From assembly GCF_009914755.1 (NCBI RefSeq), contig NC_060925.1: DNA of 64,000 nt; one strand, written 5' to 3'. Below, piece after piece: positions 14,546 to 27,328 of this stretch (position 1 is the first letter of the stretch; each line of letters begins with the position of its first letter). The stretch is from the human T2T-CHM13v2.0 reference genome, Homo sapiens. A program made the translations under genes and the position numbers. The notes beneath the pieces are model-generated. The model had not been told where the DNA came from, did no database searches, and saw only the letters and a program-made list of their open reading frames with translations.

Positions 14546-14773
14546 TGTCAGAAGCAGTGGCTCACACCTGTAATCCCAGCACTTTGGGAGGCCGAGGTGG
14601 GTGGATCACGAGGTCAAGAGATCCAGACCATCCTGGCCAACCAACATGGTGAAACCCCGTCTCTACTAAAAATACAAAAATTAGCTGGGCATAGTGGCGC
14701 ATGCTTGTAGTCCCAGCTACTTGGAAGCAACAGAGCGAGACTCCATCTCAAATAAATAAATACATACATTAAT
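14546..14773 (+). mobile_element. AluSc-like with a large right-arm deletion
   Basis: gaggtcaagagatc diagnostic; 16-bp TSD taataaattatacatc at 14530-14545 and 14774-14789. Confidence 0.9.
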
Positions 14774-15325
14774 TAATAAATTATACATCACGGGACTATA
14801 AGAAATAACTGGAAAAATACCTGTGGGGATATTATGTTAAAAACACCAGCATTAATATGATGTTGTCCCAGGTGGTCTTAAATGTCCTTTCACATTTTAG
14901 CATTCTAGAACCCCAGGTTCATGAAGCAGAATTTCCCAAAGTTTGGCAGATCCCTAGTCTGGTGAGATGTTCTACCAAAACAAAGAAAAGTGTTCTGTGA
15001 TAAAGTCTGACCTAGAACTGCTGCCTGCCACGTGCCCACAGACTCACAATGCACATTAGCATAGTAAAAACACTGAGAGGCCCCACAGGAAAGAAAAGCC
15101 AGTCTTTATCTAAACATATTTAACGTAGGAATCCTTCCTGCTCCCCTCCCCACAATACCTATTTATCTAGTTGAAGACTACACATGGAGAAAATCTAGTA
15201 TTATATCAGGTATAAGATATCTTTTTCTTCCATTTAAATGATTCCTTAGGACAAGAATAAATGTCACTTCTCAAGTTCAAGTTTCTACCCCCCTAAAAGA
15301 TGGGCTTGAAGATCTGCTTAATTAC

Positions 15326-15513
15326 CTTGGGCAGGTGGTACCCAGCCAAAGTGGTATCAACTGTCACTTCCCTGGGAACGTTCAGGGGGATGATGTTGCC
15401 CATTCTCTGCACCTCATGGATGACAGCATTGGTGTAGGGCATGGACTCCCGGGCGGCTGTGCTCGGCTGCTGCCCCTGGCCAATCACTCTGTCAATCTCA
15501 GCTTGTACTTTTT
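15326..15513 (-). CDS. CYP2J2: CYP2J2 exon 7 (KVQAEID...EVQR...HLPK)
   Basis: ttaccag|AA acceptor, AAG|gtaat donor, 188 nt, K-helix ExxR. Confidence 0.98.
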
Positions 15514-16375
15514 CTGGTAAAGAGGGAAGGGTTCTATTATTTTTTAAACTTTTATGCTTTATTATAAAGAGGTATGAGTGGTCTCCAAGATGTCATCTGT
15601 TGTATTTCAATTAGTGACCAGGTTGCAAGAAATAAAATGGTTCTTAACCTTTTGAAAGGCTTATTCAGAAAACTACCACCTCTGTAAATCTCCTTGAGCC
15701 TGGTTAGGCTATGGGATGGAATGACCAGGATTAATATGGCTAAACTTCATTACATCAGACCCCAGCGGACTTGGTGTCTGGTGAAGACCCACTTTCTGGT
15801 ATACAAATGGCACTTTCTCAGTGTGTCCTTACATAGTAGAAGGAGTGAGGCAGCTCTCTGGAGTCTCTTTTATAACAGTACTACTCCCATTCCTGAAGGC
15901 TAATTACCTCCCAAAGGCCCCACCTCCTAATATCATCACACTGGTAATAAGGTTTCAACATATAAATTTGGGCTGGGGTGGGCCCAAGTATTCAACCCAT
16001 AGCAGATCTACAGACTCTAATTTCTCAGGTAGATATGTAAGAGTGGAAAGTGGGCCCTGAGGTAAGACCCATCAGGTTGCAAACTCTTGCTCTACAACAT
16101 TGATGCTGCAAGTTACTTACACTCTTTAAACCTCAGTTCCTTATTTGATTAGTGAGGATAAATCTACCTTCATCTTAAGGATGTTTTGACATTCACATGA
16201 ACTGATGTTTTGAGATTTGTGTGACCAGATAGGACTGCTCCCAGTTTCTTTCATTGGTTGAGTGCTCACCTAGCCAAAGAGAGAAACTGTAGCAGCCTTA
16301 TCTCTTTTCTCTTTCTCTAGAGTAATAGAGATTTTAGCTGGAGACCTGACTGCCCAGCTAAAGAATATATTTTCC

Positions 16376-16682
<307 letters not shown>

Positions 16683-18239
16683 TCAATTCTGGCTAATAGA
16701 ATGTAAGCAGAAGTGATGTTTAATCCTTGGAACAGGTTCCTAAAGAAAGGATATGCACTTCCTTCCCCCTTTTGCTTCCTACTGGTGGAAAGCCTATTGG
16801 TGAGCCGTCTTACAGAGTGCTAACAAGGGCATCATTCTAATCACAACAGAGCAACAAGTTGGAAGGAGCTGGGAACCCTAATGGCTTTGCAAAGCCTAGT
16901 TTGGATTTTTTTTTTTTACCTGAAAGCGAAATAAATTATCATTTTTGTAAAACATCTTATTTGGGGGTAAAATACCCATAACATAAAATTTACTATGTTA
17001 GCATTTTTAAATGAACAGTTCAGTAGTATTAAATATATTCACATTGTTAGGCAATCACTCTCCAGAACTTTTTCATCTTGCAGAACTGAGGCTCTATATC
17101 CCCTCCCTCAGCCTCTGGCCACCACCATTCTACTTTGTGTCTCTAGGAATTTCACTATTCTTGATAACTCATGTAAGTGGAATCATACAGTGCTTATCTG
17201 TTTGTTACTAGCCTTTTTAACTGAGCATGAACCTGGATGCATATACCTAAATATACATATAAAGCATACATTATGCAACTACAGATGAAAAAAATAAAGT
17301 TCTGTAAACAAACTTACCTTAGTACATGGGAAGCACTCTGATCTTTTCTATTTTTATCTTAAGAAAAAAATGTTGGTCTTGATTCACTAAATTGATTTTA
17401 TGCCTCATTAATAAACAGTTACCCACAATTTGAAAAACTGTATTGTTAAGAGTTCCCACCCCCATATGTTCAAACTTTTCTGGAAGCTGGAGGAAGAAAA
17501 ATAATGAGAACATCATTCTTGAGTGGACTATAGTCTGTGGGGAAGCTATATATAGATAATACATGATAAGCCTAGTAATAAAGGCACATTACATCATCTC
17601 TGGAGGGAGAAAATGCTAATAATTTCCTAGGGGAGCACAGAAACATCTTAGAGAGGTAGTACTTGAACAGATTCTTCAAGAAGAGCTAGGAGTTTACTAT
17701 GTAGGAAAACTGGGCAAGTAGAGGGAAAAGCATCTATCACGACATAGAGGCATAAATATAGACTGCAAAGAAAGTGACGTGTCACTTAGTGAGGCCACCA
17801 TGGAGGGTAGGTGCGGCCAAGGCTAGACAGGCAGAAGGGGCATATCGGAGGTTAACATATACCAGACTAAAGTGCTTGAACATTATTCTGGAGGAAATTG
17901 GAAGGCATCACTTAAAAGAAGGGAAGGACACAACTAGACTTTCACATCAGAAAGTTAACTGTTTCCTGGAACTATCTCAATGTCGACTGACTTCGTTGAT
18001 TTCCCTCTTGCCTCTGAGCTTCTTGAGGACAAGGATTCTCTCTTACATTTGTATTACCTGGGCCCATCACAATTCAGACAGAAAATATGAAGAATGTGCA
18101 GTTTCCAAGTCCTCATCACTCATGACTGTTCTGCCTCTCTTTTCATCCTACAATGCTATCTTCTGGCCCCGACTTCAGGCAGCACATCCCAGGAGGCACT
18201 ATTCTGTCCTGGTTCAGGCTTACTCACTGACATGCTCAC

Positions 18240-18381
18240 CTTGGATTTCTGGGTAGAGGGCCATATAAAGCAGAGCCCATCGCAGAGTTGTGGAAGTTGT
18301 CTCGGTTCCGGCAAAGAAGAGGTCCAGGGTGCTGCAGATGAGGTTTTCTTCATGGAAACTTGAAGTAGGATTGCCTGTGTG
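18240..18381 (-). CDS. CYP2J2: CYP2J2 exon 6 (HTGNP...[10 protein letters not shown]...PEIQ; I helix)
   Basis: ttctag|CAC acceptor, AAG|gtgagc donor, 142 nt, AGxET motif. Confidence 0.98.
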
Positions 18382-19676
18382 CTAGAAAACACAATGTTTG
18401 ATGTTATTTATTGGTTTATTCAGAGGATTCCTGATTGCCGTAACACAAAGGGGCTTCATCCTAGGAGGACATTTGGAAGAAAAGGTCCCCAAAAGAAACA
18501 ATTTTCCCTTTGGCCTCTTCAGAAGGCAGACTCTTATTACAGCAATATCATTAGCACTGTCCTGCCCCAAGTGCTGGACACCTTTGGATGGATGAAAATC
18601 AAGACAATTATTTTCTTATGCCTATAATTTTGGGGAAGCTTTTAGTACAGTGAAAGGAGAATGGGATGTGAACGAGACAGATTTGGCTTCCAATATTAAC
18701 CACTTCAATTAGCAGCTGTGTGACCTAGGGCAAGTCACTTAACCTCTCTGTTCTTCAGTTTCCTGTTTTATATACTGGAAATAGGAGTGCACACCTCTTA
18801 AGAGGGCATTATGAATTATATGAATGCAAGGACGCAGAGCAAATACTCAACAAACATTTGTACTGATAACAGAAAAGGCAAATGGAATTTCTCTTATGAA
18901 CAACAATTCTCATATCTCTTCATTCACCTTTTTCTTTCCAATTTGAAACTCACTGATTCTACCAACCATTCCTCATGATACTCTGTCATCTTTACCATCA
19001 TCTTCTGGAAACTTCAATTTGTCCAATGTTGCTCTTAATGTTAATGATCCCTTCCTTACCTGCACAACATATAGCGAGTCTCCTCCTCTGAGGAGAAAAC
19101 AATACTTCTATAAATGTCATACCAATAAGGTGAAATAAGAGGGAAAGAAATCCACCATTCTTTCCACTCCAGAAGTAGGACCCAATTCCTGATGTGTAAA
19201 GATGACAGTATTGATGCAGTGATATGTGTTAACCAGAGGGGTAACTGTGTTAAAGGTCACGCATCCCATTTGGTTTCTTCCTCACCTCTGGCCTATAATG
19301 TTGGAAAGTGAAAGGTACAAAACAGAAGGGAAGGCAAAGTCCAACTCAGGCCTTAATAAAGTTGGCCTTTAAACTCTGGCATCCAACTCAGCTTTACTTG
19401 TGTTCTCTATGAGGGCTGCGAAAATGGTAGGTCATTGGGTCTAGGCCCAACTAATGATAGAACAGAGCTTTGAGGATTAACTGCTATGTTCCCCCTTTGT
19501 GTATACCTCCAAATAACAGTAAAGGGTAGGGGATGGGGGATGAAAGGGCTGTATTTGGGCATTCACAGGACCTCAAACCAAATGCTATTAACCCTTGTCT
19601 TTATCTCTAATTGCATCATCAATCCTGAGTTAATGCTACCCTACATTTTCTGAAATATTGCCCCTATTTTTACTCC

Positions 19677-20186
19677 TGTAGCAGGCTGAGTAATGACCCG
19701 CAAAGATATCCATTCACATCCTAATGTCTGGAACCTAGGGATGTTACTTTATAGGGAAAAAGGAACTTTGCAGATGTGGTTAAGGATTTTGAGATGGGCA
19801 GATTATCCTGGAACATTCCAGTGGGCCCAGTGTTATCATAATAGTCTTTATTAGAGGTAAATAAGAGGGTCAAAGTCAGAGAGAAAGTATGTCAGGATGG
19901 AAGCAGATACCAGAGAGAAGAGAAGATGCTGTGCTTCTGGCTTTGAAGATGAAGGAGGGGACCACAGGCCAAGGGACATAGGCGGCTCCTAGAAGCTGGG
20001 AAAGTAATAGAAACAGATTCTCCTCCAGCACCTCCAAAGAGATCCAGCCTAGCCAAAACCTTATCTGTAACCCAGTGAAGCTGATTTCATACTTCTGATA
20101 TCTAGAACTGTGAGAGAATCAATCTGTGCTATTTTAGGCACCAAGTTTGTGATCATATTTTACAGCAGCAGTTGGAAACTAATATA
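19677..20186 (+). mobile_element. MLT1D-like solo LTR, about 50 bp from the exon 5 donor
   Basis: tgtagcaggctgagtaatg start; ...ggaaactaatata end; about 510 bp. Confidence 0.85.
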
Positions 20187-20237
20187 CCTCTATTTGTGCT
20201 CTAAGAACAAAATACAAAATGACTTTGGTTTTCTCAC

Positions 20238-20414
20238 CTTTGACATTTCTTTAAGGTAAGCATCAATAAAGTCTCTTGTTTCTGCAGGATTCCAATCCTT
20301 TCTGTGTTTGTCAATCATATGAGAAACAAACAATTTCAGTTTTTTCCAGTTGCTGAAGAGAGTTTGGTGGGGTCCAGGCAGGAATTTCATTATCCATGGA
20401 AAGACATTGTAGAG
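20238..20414 (-). CDS. CYP2J2: CYP2J2 exon 5 (LYNVFPW...RDFIDAYLKEMSK)
   Basis: attag|CTC acceptor, AAG|gtgag donor, 177 nt. Confidence 0.98.
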
Positions 20415-22061
20415 CTAATTGAGAAAAACAAAACAATCATGCAGATAACATGGTGCCATTTTTTTCTTTTTAAGACAACAGAAACCATCTTCTCTTTCCG
20501 TCTCTTTTATTTGCTCACACTTAAACCTTGGTTATCCTTGACCCCTCTTTTCTCTCTCACCTCTCTAGCAAAACAGTTCAGCTCTCTGTCAAAAATATAT
20601 CCAGCCTTGGACCATTTCTCACCACCGCAACAGCTTGCCACCAAAAAAAAATACTTATGAGACATCTGGGGACATCTGAGCACTGGTTGAGTGTTTGAAG
20701 GCATTAAATAACTATTGTTCATATTTTTCAGGCACAATGGTATTTTATTTTTGTTAAAATGGGTCTTTTTAGAAATATATGCTGAAATATTTATGTATCA
20801 AATAATTGAGGTCTGTAATTTGCTCCAAAATAATTCAGGGACAGTGGGAATGTGGTAGTAGGGCATAGATGCAGATACAGTGAAAATGGCCATGTGTTGA
20901 TAATTGTTAGAGCTCACTGATGAGTATACACAGTGATTCATGATTGTATTCTTTTATACACATTTGTAATTTTCAAAAATAAAGTCATTTTCTTAAACCA
21001 AGGAAATTTTTAAAAATTTTGATAATGGCATACTGTGTAATTCAAGGGCACTCTTTCTACTGAGAACACCAAGAAAAGATGAAAAAGATACATGTGTAAA
21101 CATTTAAGCACACATACATACAAATCAAGGTAGTGAGGTAGTTTCCAGGATAAGGCTTAGGGGAAGAAGAAAGCCCAGGGTATGAACTCAATACTTGGGG
21201 TCAACTTCTCCCCCCTCCCCCCAGCTCCCAGAAATGTCTTCCAAATTCCAAAAAGTGTCTGAGGAACCAAGAAACCGAGCAGAGTTTTTGACAAAGACTC
21301 AAAGGCTTAGAGGGACAAAAATTGTGGTGCAGGGCCCACCAAGGGAGAAGTGAGTTTGAACTCCAAACGGCTACACTCTATGGAATTAGAAGATTGATGA
21401 TATTAAGTGCTGGTGGGCAGGCAAATAATGCAATGAGCTTGGCAATCTTTAAACTTCTTTTATCTCCAGATACAGATATAAAAAATATGAGTGGATGTAA
21501 CCACAAGAACACTTGTACAAGAATGTTCATGGCAGCTTTATTCATAGCATCCAAAACTTGGAAACAAATGTCCGTCAGTACAGAACAGATTGACAAAAAG
21601 TGGCACATTCATACAATGAAATACTAATCTGCATTAAAAAAGAGCAACCAGCACAGATGACTCTCAAAGCAACTTGCTGAGGAAGAAAGAGGATACAGAA
21701 GAGAACCTCTGAGGGAGGAGGGAAATGGACGAGTTGGGGAAGGACACAGAGAGGAGAGACTCAAGGGCAACAGCAATATTGTTTTTCTTTTTAAAAAGAA
21801 CAACATAGGTGGATAGGCGTATGTCATATAACATGTTGTACTTTACATGCATGTTAGAAATGGTTTTTGCATATAAATATTCCATATTAGTTAAAAAACT
21901 AAAGTCAATAGATTTATTTCAAATAAGTTTGTGTTGAAATTAGTTTTGAAAGGTTATATTTTAACTTCAAAAACCCAAAAAAAACTAAAAGGAAAAACCC
22001 ATCTGTGGCTGACATCGGCCCCAATTTACTGAACAAAGATATGGAGAGACAGCTGCCTTAC

Positions 22062-22222
22062 CTGGCATGTCTTTGAAGCCTCCAAGTATGTGACTTCATC
22101 TAGTAACTTCAGCAGCTGCTGAAACCAACTATCCTGGTACTCAAAGCGTTCTCCGAAGGTGATGGAGCAAATGATATTGGAAACTGCATTGTTGATCTTG
22201 AAATGAGGGTCAAAAGGCTGTC
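22062..22222 (-). CDS. CYP2J2: CYP2J2 exon 4 (QPFDPHF...KTCQ)
   Basis: ttcag|GA acceptor, CAG|gtaagg donor, 161 nt; read manually because it is absent from the ORF track. Confidence 0.97.
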
Positions 22223-22615
22223 CTGAAGGTGGAGGAAGGGCAAGATGGATCCTTCTGATGGATTTGTCTCCATTTCCTACTGAGAGTCTACTTTACATGG
22301 CATAAGACATACCTAGTGCAGAACCATATATGAGGAGCTGGCCACATGACCTTACACTGCATCTGACATACAACAAGTATTCAGTCAACTCCAGGGAAGT
22401 CAAACTGCGGACCAGGGCTTAAATTCAGTAATGTGTTTAGTGCCCATCTTTGTGTATTTACTTCTAAAACTCTTTGAGGACAGAGTTGTTCACTGTTCTA
22501 TCTTCCATTCCTAGCACAGTGCTGGGCATAGAACAAGCACTTACTCACTTAGTAAGTATCTGTCCAATGAACAAATGGGCCACAGTCTCTCACCTCTGTC
22601 ATATGCAATGCTCAC

Positions 22616-22765
22616 CGTTCTCCTCTTTTATTGCTTCAGTGAGGTGTTGGGCCTCCTCCTGAATGCGTTCCTCTAAGCTCTTCTTTCCTAAACCAAAGTT
22701 CCTTAGTGCTGTCAGAGTGAACCTTCTTTGCTCCTTCCATGCCTGGCCACTTGACATAATCAATC
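22616..22765 (-). CDS. CYP2J2: CYP2J2 exon 3 ([15 protein letters not shown]...EENG)
   Basis: cccag|GA acceptor, ACG|gtgag donor, 150 nt, C-helix WxxxR motif. Confidence 0.98.
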
Positions 22766-23449
22766 CTGGGAAAAAGAAAGTCAACATTACAGTATTCTGA
22801 TTCCATAATATGAATATCCAGCAAATGATATGGGAATGTGTATCAGATGAAGGACAGGAGAAGATCATTAAGGCACTTGAAAACTGCCCAGAGAAATAAT
22901 CCCAAAGCAATGGATATAATGGCTAATATTTACTGATTGCTTGCAATGGCAGGCACTTTAATATGCATTTTGTTGTGCATTATATAATTTAGTACTCATA
23001 GAAACTCTCTGGGATAGGTACAATTATTACCACCCCACACATTTTACTAATGAAAAAACTGAGGAACAAGGGATAAAGGATAAAATGCATTTTACAGGGT
23101 CTCACAGTAAGTAAGCAACTAAACAGGTATTCAATTTCAGGTCTGCCTTATTCCAAAGCCCATGCTTTGATTATTAGTTACATAAGTAAAGTTAAGTATT
23201 TATGTTATGCTAAACACTAGGAATGCACTAATGGTTAAGACAATGCCCATACTCTTAAAGAGGCTAAGGCTAAGAAAGGCTTTATAGGAGAGGTCCTATC
23301 TAACCTGGACATTAAAAGATGATGTAAGGAATCAAGAGATCAAGGAGGAGTGAAAGTTCCATACAGAAAGAAGAGTACAAGCAAAGAAAAAAAAATTTTG
23401 GTGTGTTTGACAGACCATCATTTGTTTTATAACACAGGTAATGCCATAC

Positions 23450-24760
23450 TCCTTTCAATTTCTTCAATTCCAGAGCACTCCTCAACACCTTTTAATATCT
23501 GACTATGGCCTGCTCACCCACTGAATTGGTCCGGATACCTTTTGACCTCGTCTTACTTGCAGCAGCAGTAGACACTTCTTTCTTGAAATACTGCCTTCCA
23601 GTGGTGCTCAGGATACCACTGTCTCCAGATTTTCGTCCTAATTCTCTGCCAGCAACTTCCTATATATTTTGCTGGTTCATCTTCTATTAAATCTTGAAAT
23701 GGTGGAGTTCTTCAGGAACTTCTTCTTCATCTAAAACCTCTTCTTTTTCTCACCCTATACTCTATTTCTGGGAAATCTTATCAACTCCTAAAATTTTAAA
23801 TAACATCTATTGATAGTGACCATCTATTTCTGTCCCTGAGCTCCAGAAGCATATATACAACGCTGCCTGCCTCACTTTGCTGACTTAAAGGTATTTTGAA
23901 TTCGGCATATCCATGATTGAACTCACAGTTTTCTCCATATGACTTTTCACCCATGCCCAACTAAACCAAATACCTTATACTCTTCTAAGTGTTCCTTCTT
24001 TCCATCATCTACCCATTTGAGTGTCACCTCAACACCTCCTTCTCCCTGCACCTACATCATCATGTCTTAAGAGGTGTACCTTCCTGGATATCTCAAATCC
24101 AGGTCTTCACTGCTACTATCTTGGACTAACCTACTGTTATTTCCCTACTGCTATTGGACCTTCCTAGCCTGAGCTACCACTGTCTGTAACCTAAAATGCT
24201 ACAAAAGTCCCTTGCTCCTTTTCTTCTATTCTCTGAATGGCAGCCTAAATAAAACCTAAAAATATACAGTGTAAATATAATTCCCTTCTCTACTTAAAGC
24301 CATTCAAGAGCTTCCATTAATGTTAGGATAACAACTAGTGTCCTTAACAGGAACCTGCATGAACTATTCCTAGCCAAGCTCAGTAGCTTCATCTCCCTTT
24401 AATTATCTCCTTTTAATCCCCATGCTTGTCATGTTGGCCACCTTTCATTTCTTCAAGTTCCCTGTCCTTTTCATTTCAGGGGCTTTTCATTTTCTATTCT
24501 GTCTGCCAGATTGTTTCACCAGTTTATTAAATGAATATTTATTTACTTTTTCTGCATCCCAGGACTGCATTAATAAGTACATCCTGAACTTGACTTCATA
24601 ACACTGTAGGCTTCTATTATAGTTAACTGATACTATTTTTCTTTCTGCATAGAATATAAACTACATAGGATATGGATTTTATCTATTCTTCTGACTGTTC
24701 CATCACTCATGCCTAGTACCATGCTTCACAAGGCAGATAATACAGTGAATGGATATAGAA
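23450..24760. mobile_element. L2 fragments
   Basis: Degenerate L2-like pyrimidine-rich sequence; boundaries approximate. Confidence 0.5.
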
Positions 24761-24798
24761 TTAACTGATGAAATATTTCTAAGAATTGAAAAGCACCT

Positions 24799-25820
24799 TG
24801 TAGGGTAAAGAAAGAGAGATCAGACTGTTACTGTGTCTATGTAGAAAGGGAAGACATAAGAAATTCCATTTTGACCTGTACCCTGAACAATCACTTTGCC
24901 CTGAGATGCTGTTAATTTGTAACTTTTCCCCAACCTCTTTGCCCCAATCTCTTTGCCCCAACTTTGAGCTCACAAAAACATATGTTGTATGGAATCAATG
25001 TTTAAGGGATCTAGGGCTGTGCAGGATGTGCCTTGTTAACAAAATGTTTACAAGCAGTATTCTTGGTAAAATCATTGCCATTCTCTAGTCTTGATAAACC
25101 AGGGGCGCAATGCACTGTGAAAAGCTGCAGGGACCTCTCCCCTGGAAGCCGGGTATTGTCCAAGGTTTCTCCCCATGTGATAGTCTGAAATATGGCCTCA
25201 TGGGATGAGAAAGACCTGACCGACCCCCAGCCTGACACCCGTGAAGGGTCTGTGCTGGGGAGGATTAATAAAAGAGGAAAGCCTCTTGCAGTTGAGATAG
25301 AGGAAGGCCACTGTCTCCTGCCTACTCTTGGGAATGGAATGTTTCGGTATAAAACCCGATTGTACATTTGTTCAATGCTGAGATAGGAGAAAAACCACCC
25401 TATGGCAGGAGGTGAGACATGTTGGCAGCAACGCTGCTCTGTTACTCTTTACTCTACTGGGATGTTTGGGTGGAGAAAAGCATAAATCTGGCCTACGTGC
25501 ATGTCCAGGCATAGTACCTTCCCTTGAACTTATTTGTGACACAGATTCCTTTGCTCACATGTTTTCTTGCTGACCTTCTCCCCACTATCACTCTGCTCTC
25601 CTGCCGCATTCCTCCTGCTGAGATACTGAAAATAGTAATTAATAAATACTGAGGGAAGTCAGAGACCGGTGCCAGTGCAGGTCCTTGGTATGCTGAGCGC
25701 CAGTCCCCTGGGCCCACTTTTCTTTCTCTATACTTTGTCTCTGTGTCTTATTTCTTTTCTCAGTCTCTTGTCCCACTTGAGGAGAAATACCCATAGGTGT
25801 GGAAGGGCTGGCCCCCTTCA
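24799..25820 (+). mobile_element. HERV-K(HML-2) solo LTR, LTR5A-like, antisense in intron 2
   Basis: TGTAGGGTAAAGAAAGAGAGATCAGACTG...GGCCCCCTTCA, 1022 bp; TATAAAA 25348-25354; AATAAA 25641-25646; near-TSD cacct/tacct. Confidence 0.93.
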
Positions 25821-26391
25821 TACCTAAAAGTGGTGATTTAATAGAATAATAGATTTGAGATTTTCATTTCAATTTTTAAATGTTTCATTATATTTAATGG
25901 TAATTTTAAGTGTTCATGCCAATCTGTTCATGCCAATCTGTTCTATCATAGACCAGAAGGCTCAAGATCCTCTGTGTGACACAACCTTAATGAAAGAGAA
26001 TAAGGAAATAGAGACAGGAAGAAGCAGCAGCAGGAGGAGGAAGATCCACATCCATTTTCCTAAGGAGAGAGGGTTGGAAGAGGAAAACAGAGAGAACACG
26101 TTCCTCTGCTATAAATGGGTAACATGGTTACTTCATTATAAAAGCATCCAGAGTAGGTTTGGGCAGGGCATGTGGTTTCTCCCAAATCCCAGTGAGGGAT
26201 GATCTTATCAAATCTTCTCAGGGAGTGACTTCAATCAGGAAATGTGAATATCCAGCTTTCTTTAGTGGCAGGAAGTTTATTATGGGGCTGGTTTCTAGGA
26301 GTGTTGGAAAATTACAGTCACCAAGGTGCCTTTAACAGATTATAGGACTATCAACATCAAACACTCACCTTTCGTTGGCCAAGAAACTTAC

Positions 26392-26554
26392 CATTTTTCT
26401 TAAAGATATGTTCTCGCATAGGGGTCACGGGGCGGTTCCCAAAGTTTTGGTCCATGTGGATAAGGGCTTCTTTGATTAAGGGCAAGCCAGTAATAAGAAC
26501 TGCAGATATGTCACCAAGCTCCAAGCTAAAAAGGTTCCCATATTTCTTCACAAA
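26392..26554 (-). CDS. CYP2J2: CYP2J2 exon 2 (FVKKYGN...FKKNG)
   Basis: tttcag|TTT acceptor, ATG|gtaagt donor, 163 nt. Confidence 0.98.
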
Positions 26555-26650
26555 CTGAAAAATAGTTAAATCGTAACAGTTGAATATGCACATGTCCATG
26601 TGTTCAGAAATGGAGGATGTGTGTAGCTGGAGGGGATCATATTGAGAGGA

Positions 26651-26708
26651 GTGCGTGTGTCTGTGTCTGTGTGTGTACGTGTGTGTGTGTGTGTGTGTGA
26701 GTGAGTGT
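26651..26708. repeat. (GT)n/(CA)n microsatellite about 100 nt upstream of the exon 2 acceptor
   Basis: Visible directly in the sequence. Confidence 0.95.
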
Positions 26709-26905
26709 ACATTGGTCTCATGGGAATGCTTTTATTTCCTTTTCTCCTTCTCTCAACAAGGCTCAGATTCAATTCACTTCAGAATGTGAATGTTTCTTTA
26801 TAAATATCTATTTATGTATTCAACCAACATGAACTGAGTGAGCATCTATCATGTGTCCCTAGAGCAAGGCATGAGGATAAAACTGTAATAAAATAAATAA
26901 GTTCT

Positions 26906-27190
26906 GGCCATGTGCAGTGGCTTACGCCTGTAATCCCAACACGTTGGGGGGCCGAGGTAGGCAAATTGCTTGAGCCAAGGAGTTCGAGACCAGTCTGGGC
27001 AACATAGTGAGACCCTGTCTTTACAAAAAAATAAAAATTAGCTGGGTATGGTGGTACATGCCTGTGGACCCAGCTACTCAGGAGGCTGAGGTGGGAAGGT
27101 CACTTGAGCCTGAGAGTTTGAGCCTGCAATGAGCCATGATCGTGCCATGGCACTCCAACTTGGGTGACAGAGTGAAAGCCTGTCTCAATA
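26906..27190 (+). mobile_element. AluJ
   Basis: ttgcttgagccaaggagttcgag and cctgggcaacatagtgagaccc-type J diagnostics. Confidence 0.9.
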
Positions 27191-27247
27191 TATAGACATA
27201 GTAAACAAGATTTCTAACCCCAAGCATCCTAGAGTCTAGTGAATAGA

Positions 27248-27328
27248 GAGAATTCAGCACATCTGAATTCTCACCTGAACACTAATCATGTCTCAGCCAC
27301 TTAAGAAGGCTGAGACATGATTAGTGTT
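27248..27328. repeat. Two adjacent perfect inverted repeats (10-bp and 21-bp arms)
   Basis: gagaattcag/ctgaattctc and aacactaatcatgtctcagcc/ggctgagacatgattagtgtt. Confidence 0.95.

Noticed and set aside
17774-18256. 160-aa plus-strand ORF
   Set aside because: Intronic, non-ATG start, no motif; consistent with chance
25911-25943. 14-bp tandem duplication (similar ones at 35766-35819 and 58560-58592)
   Set aside because: Ordinary two-copy slippage duplications with no array structure
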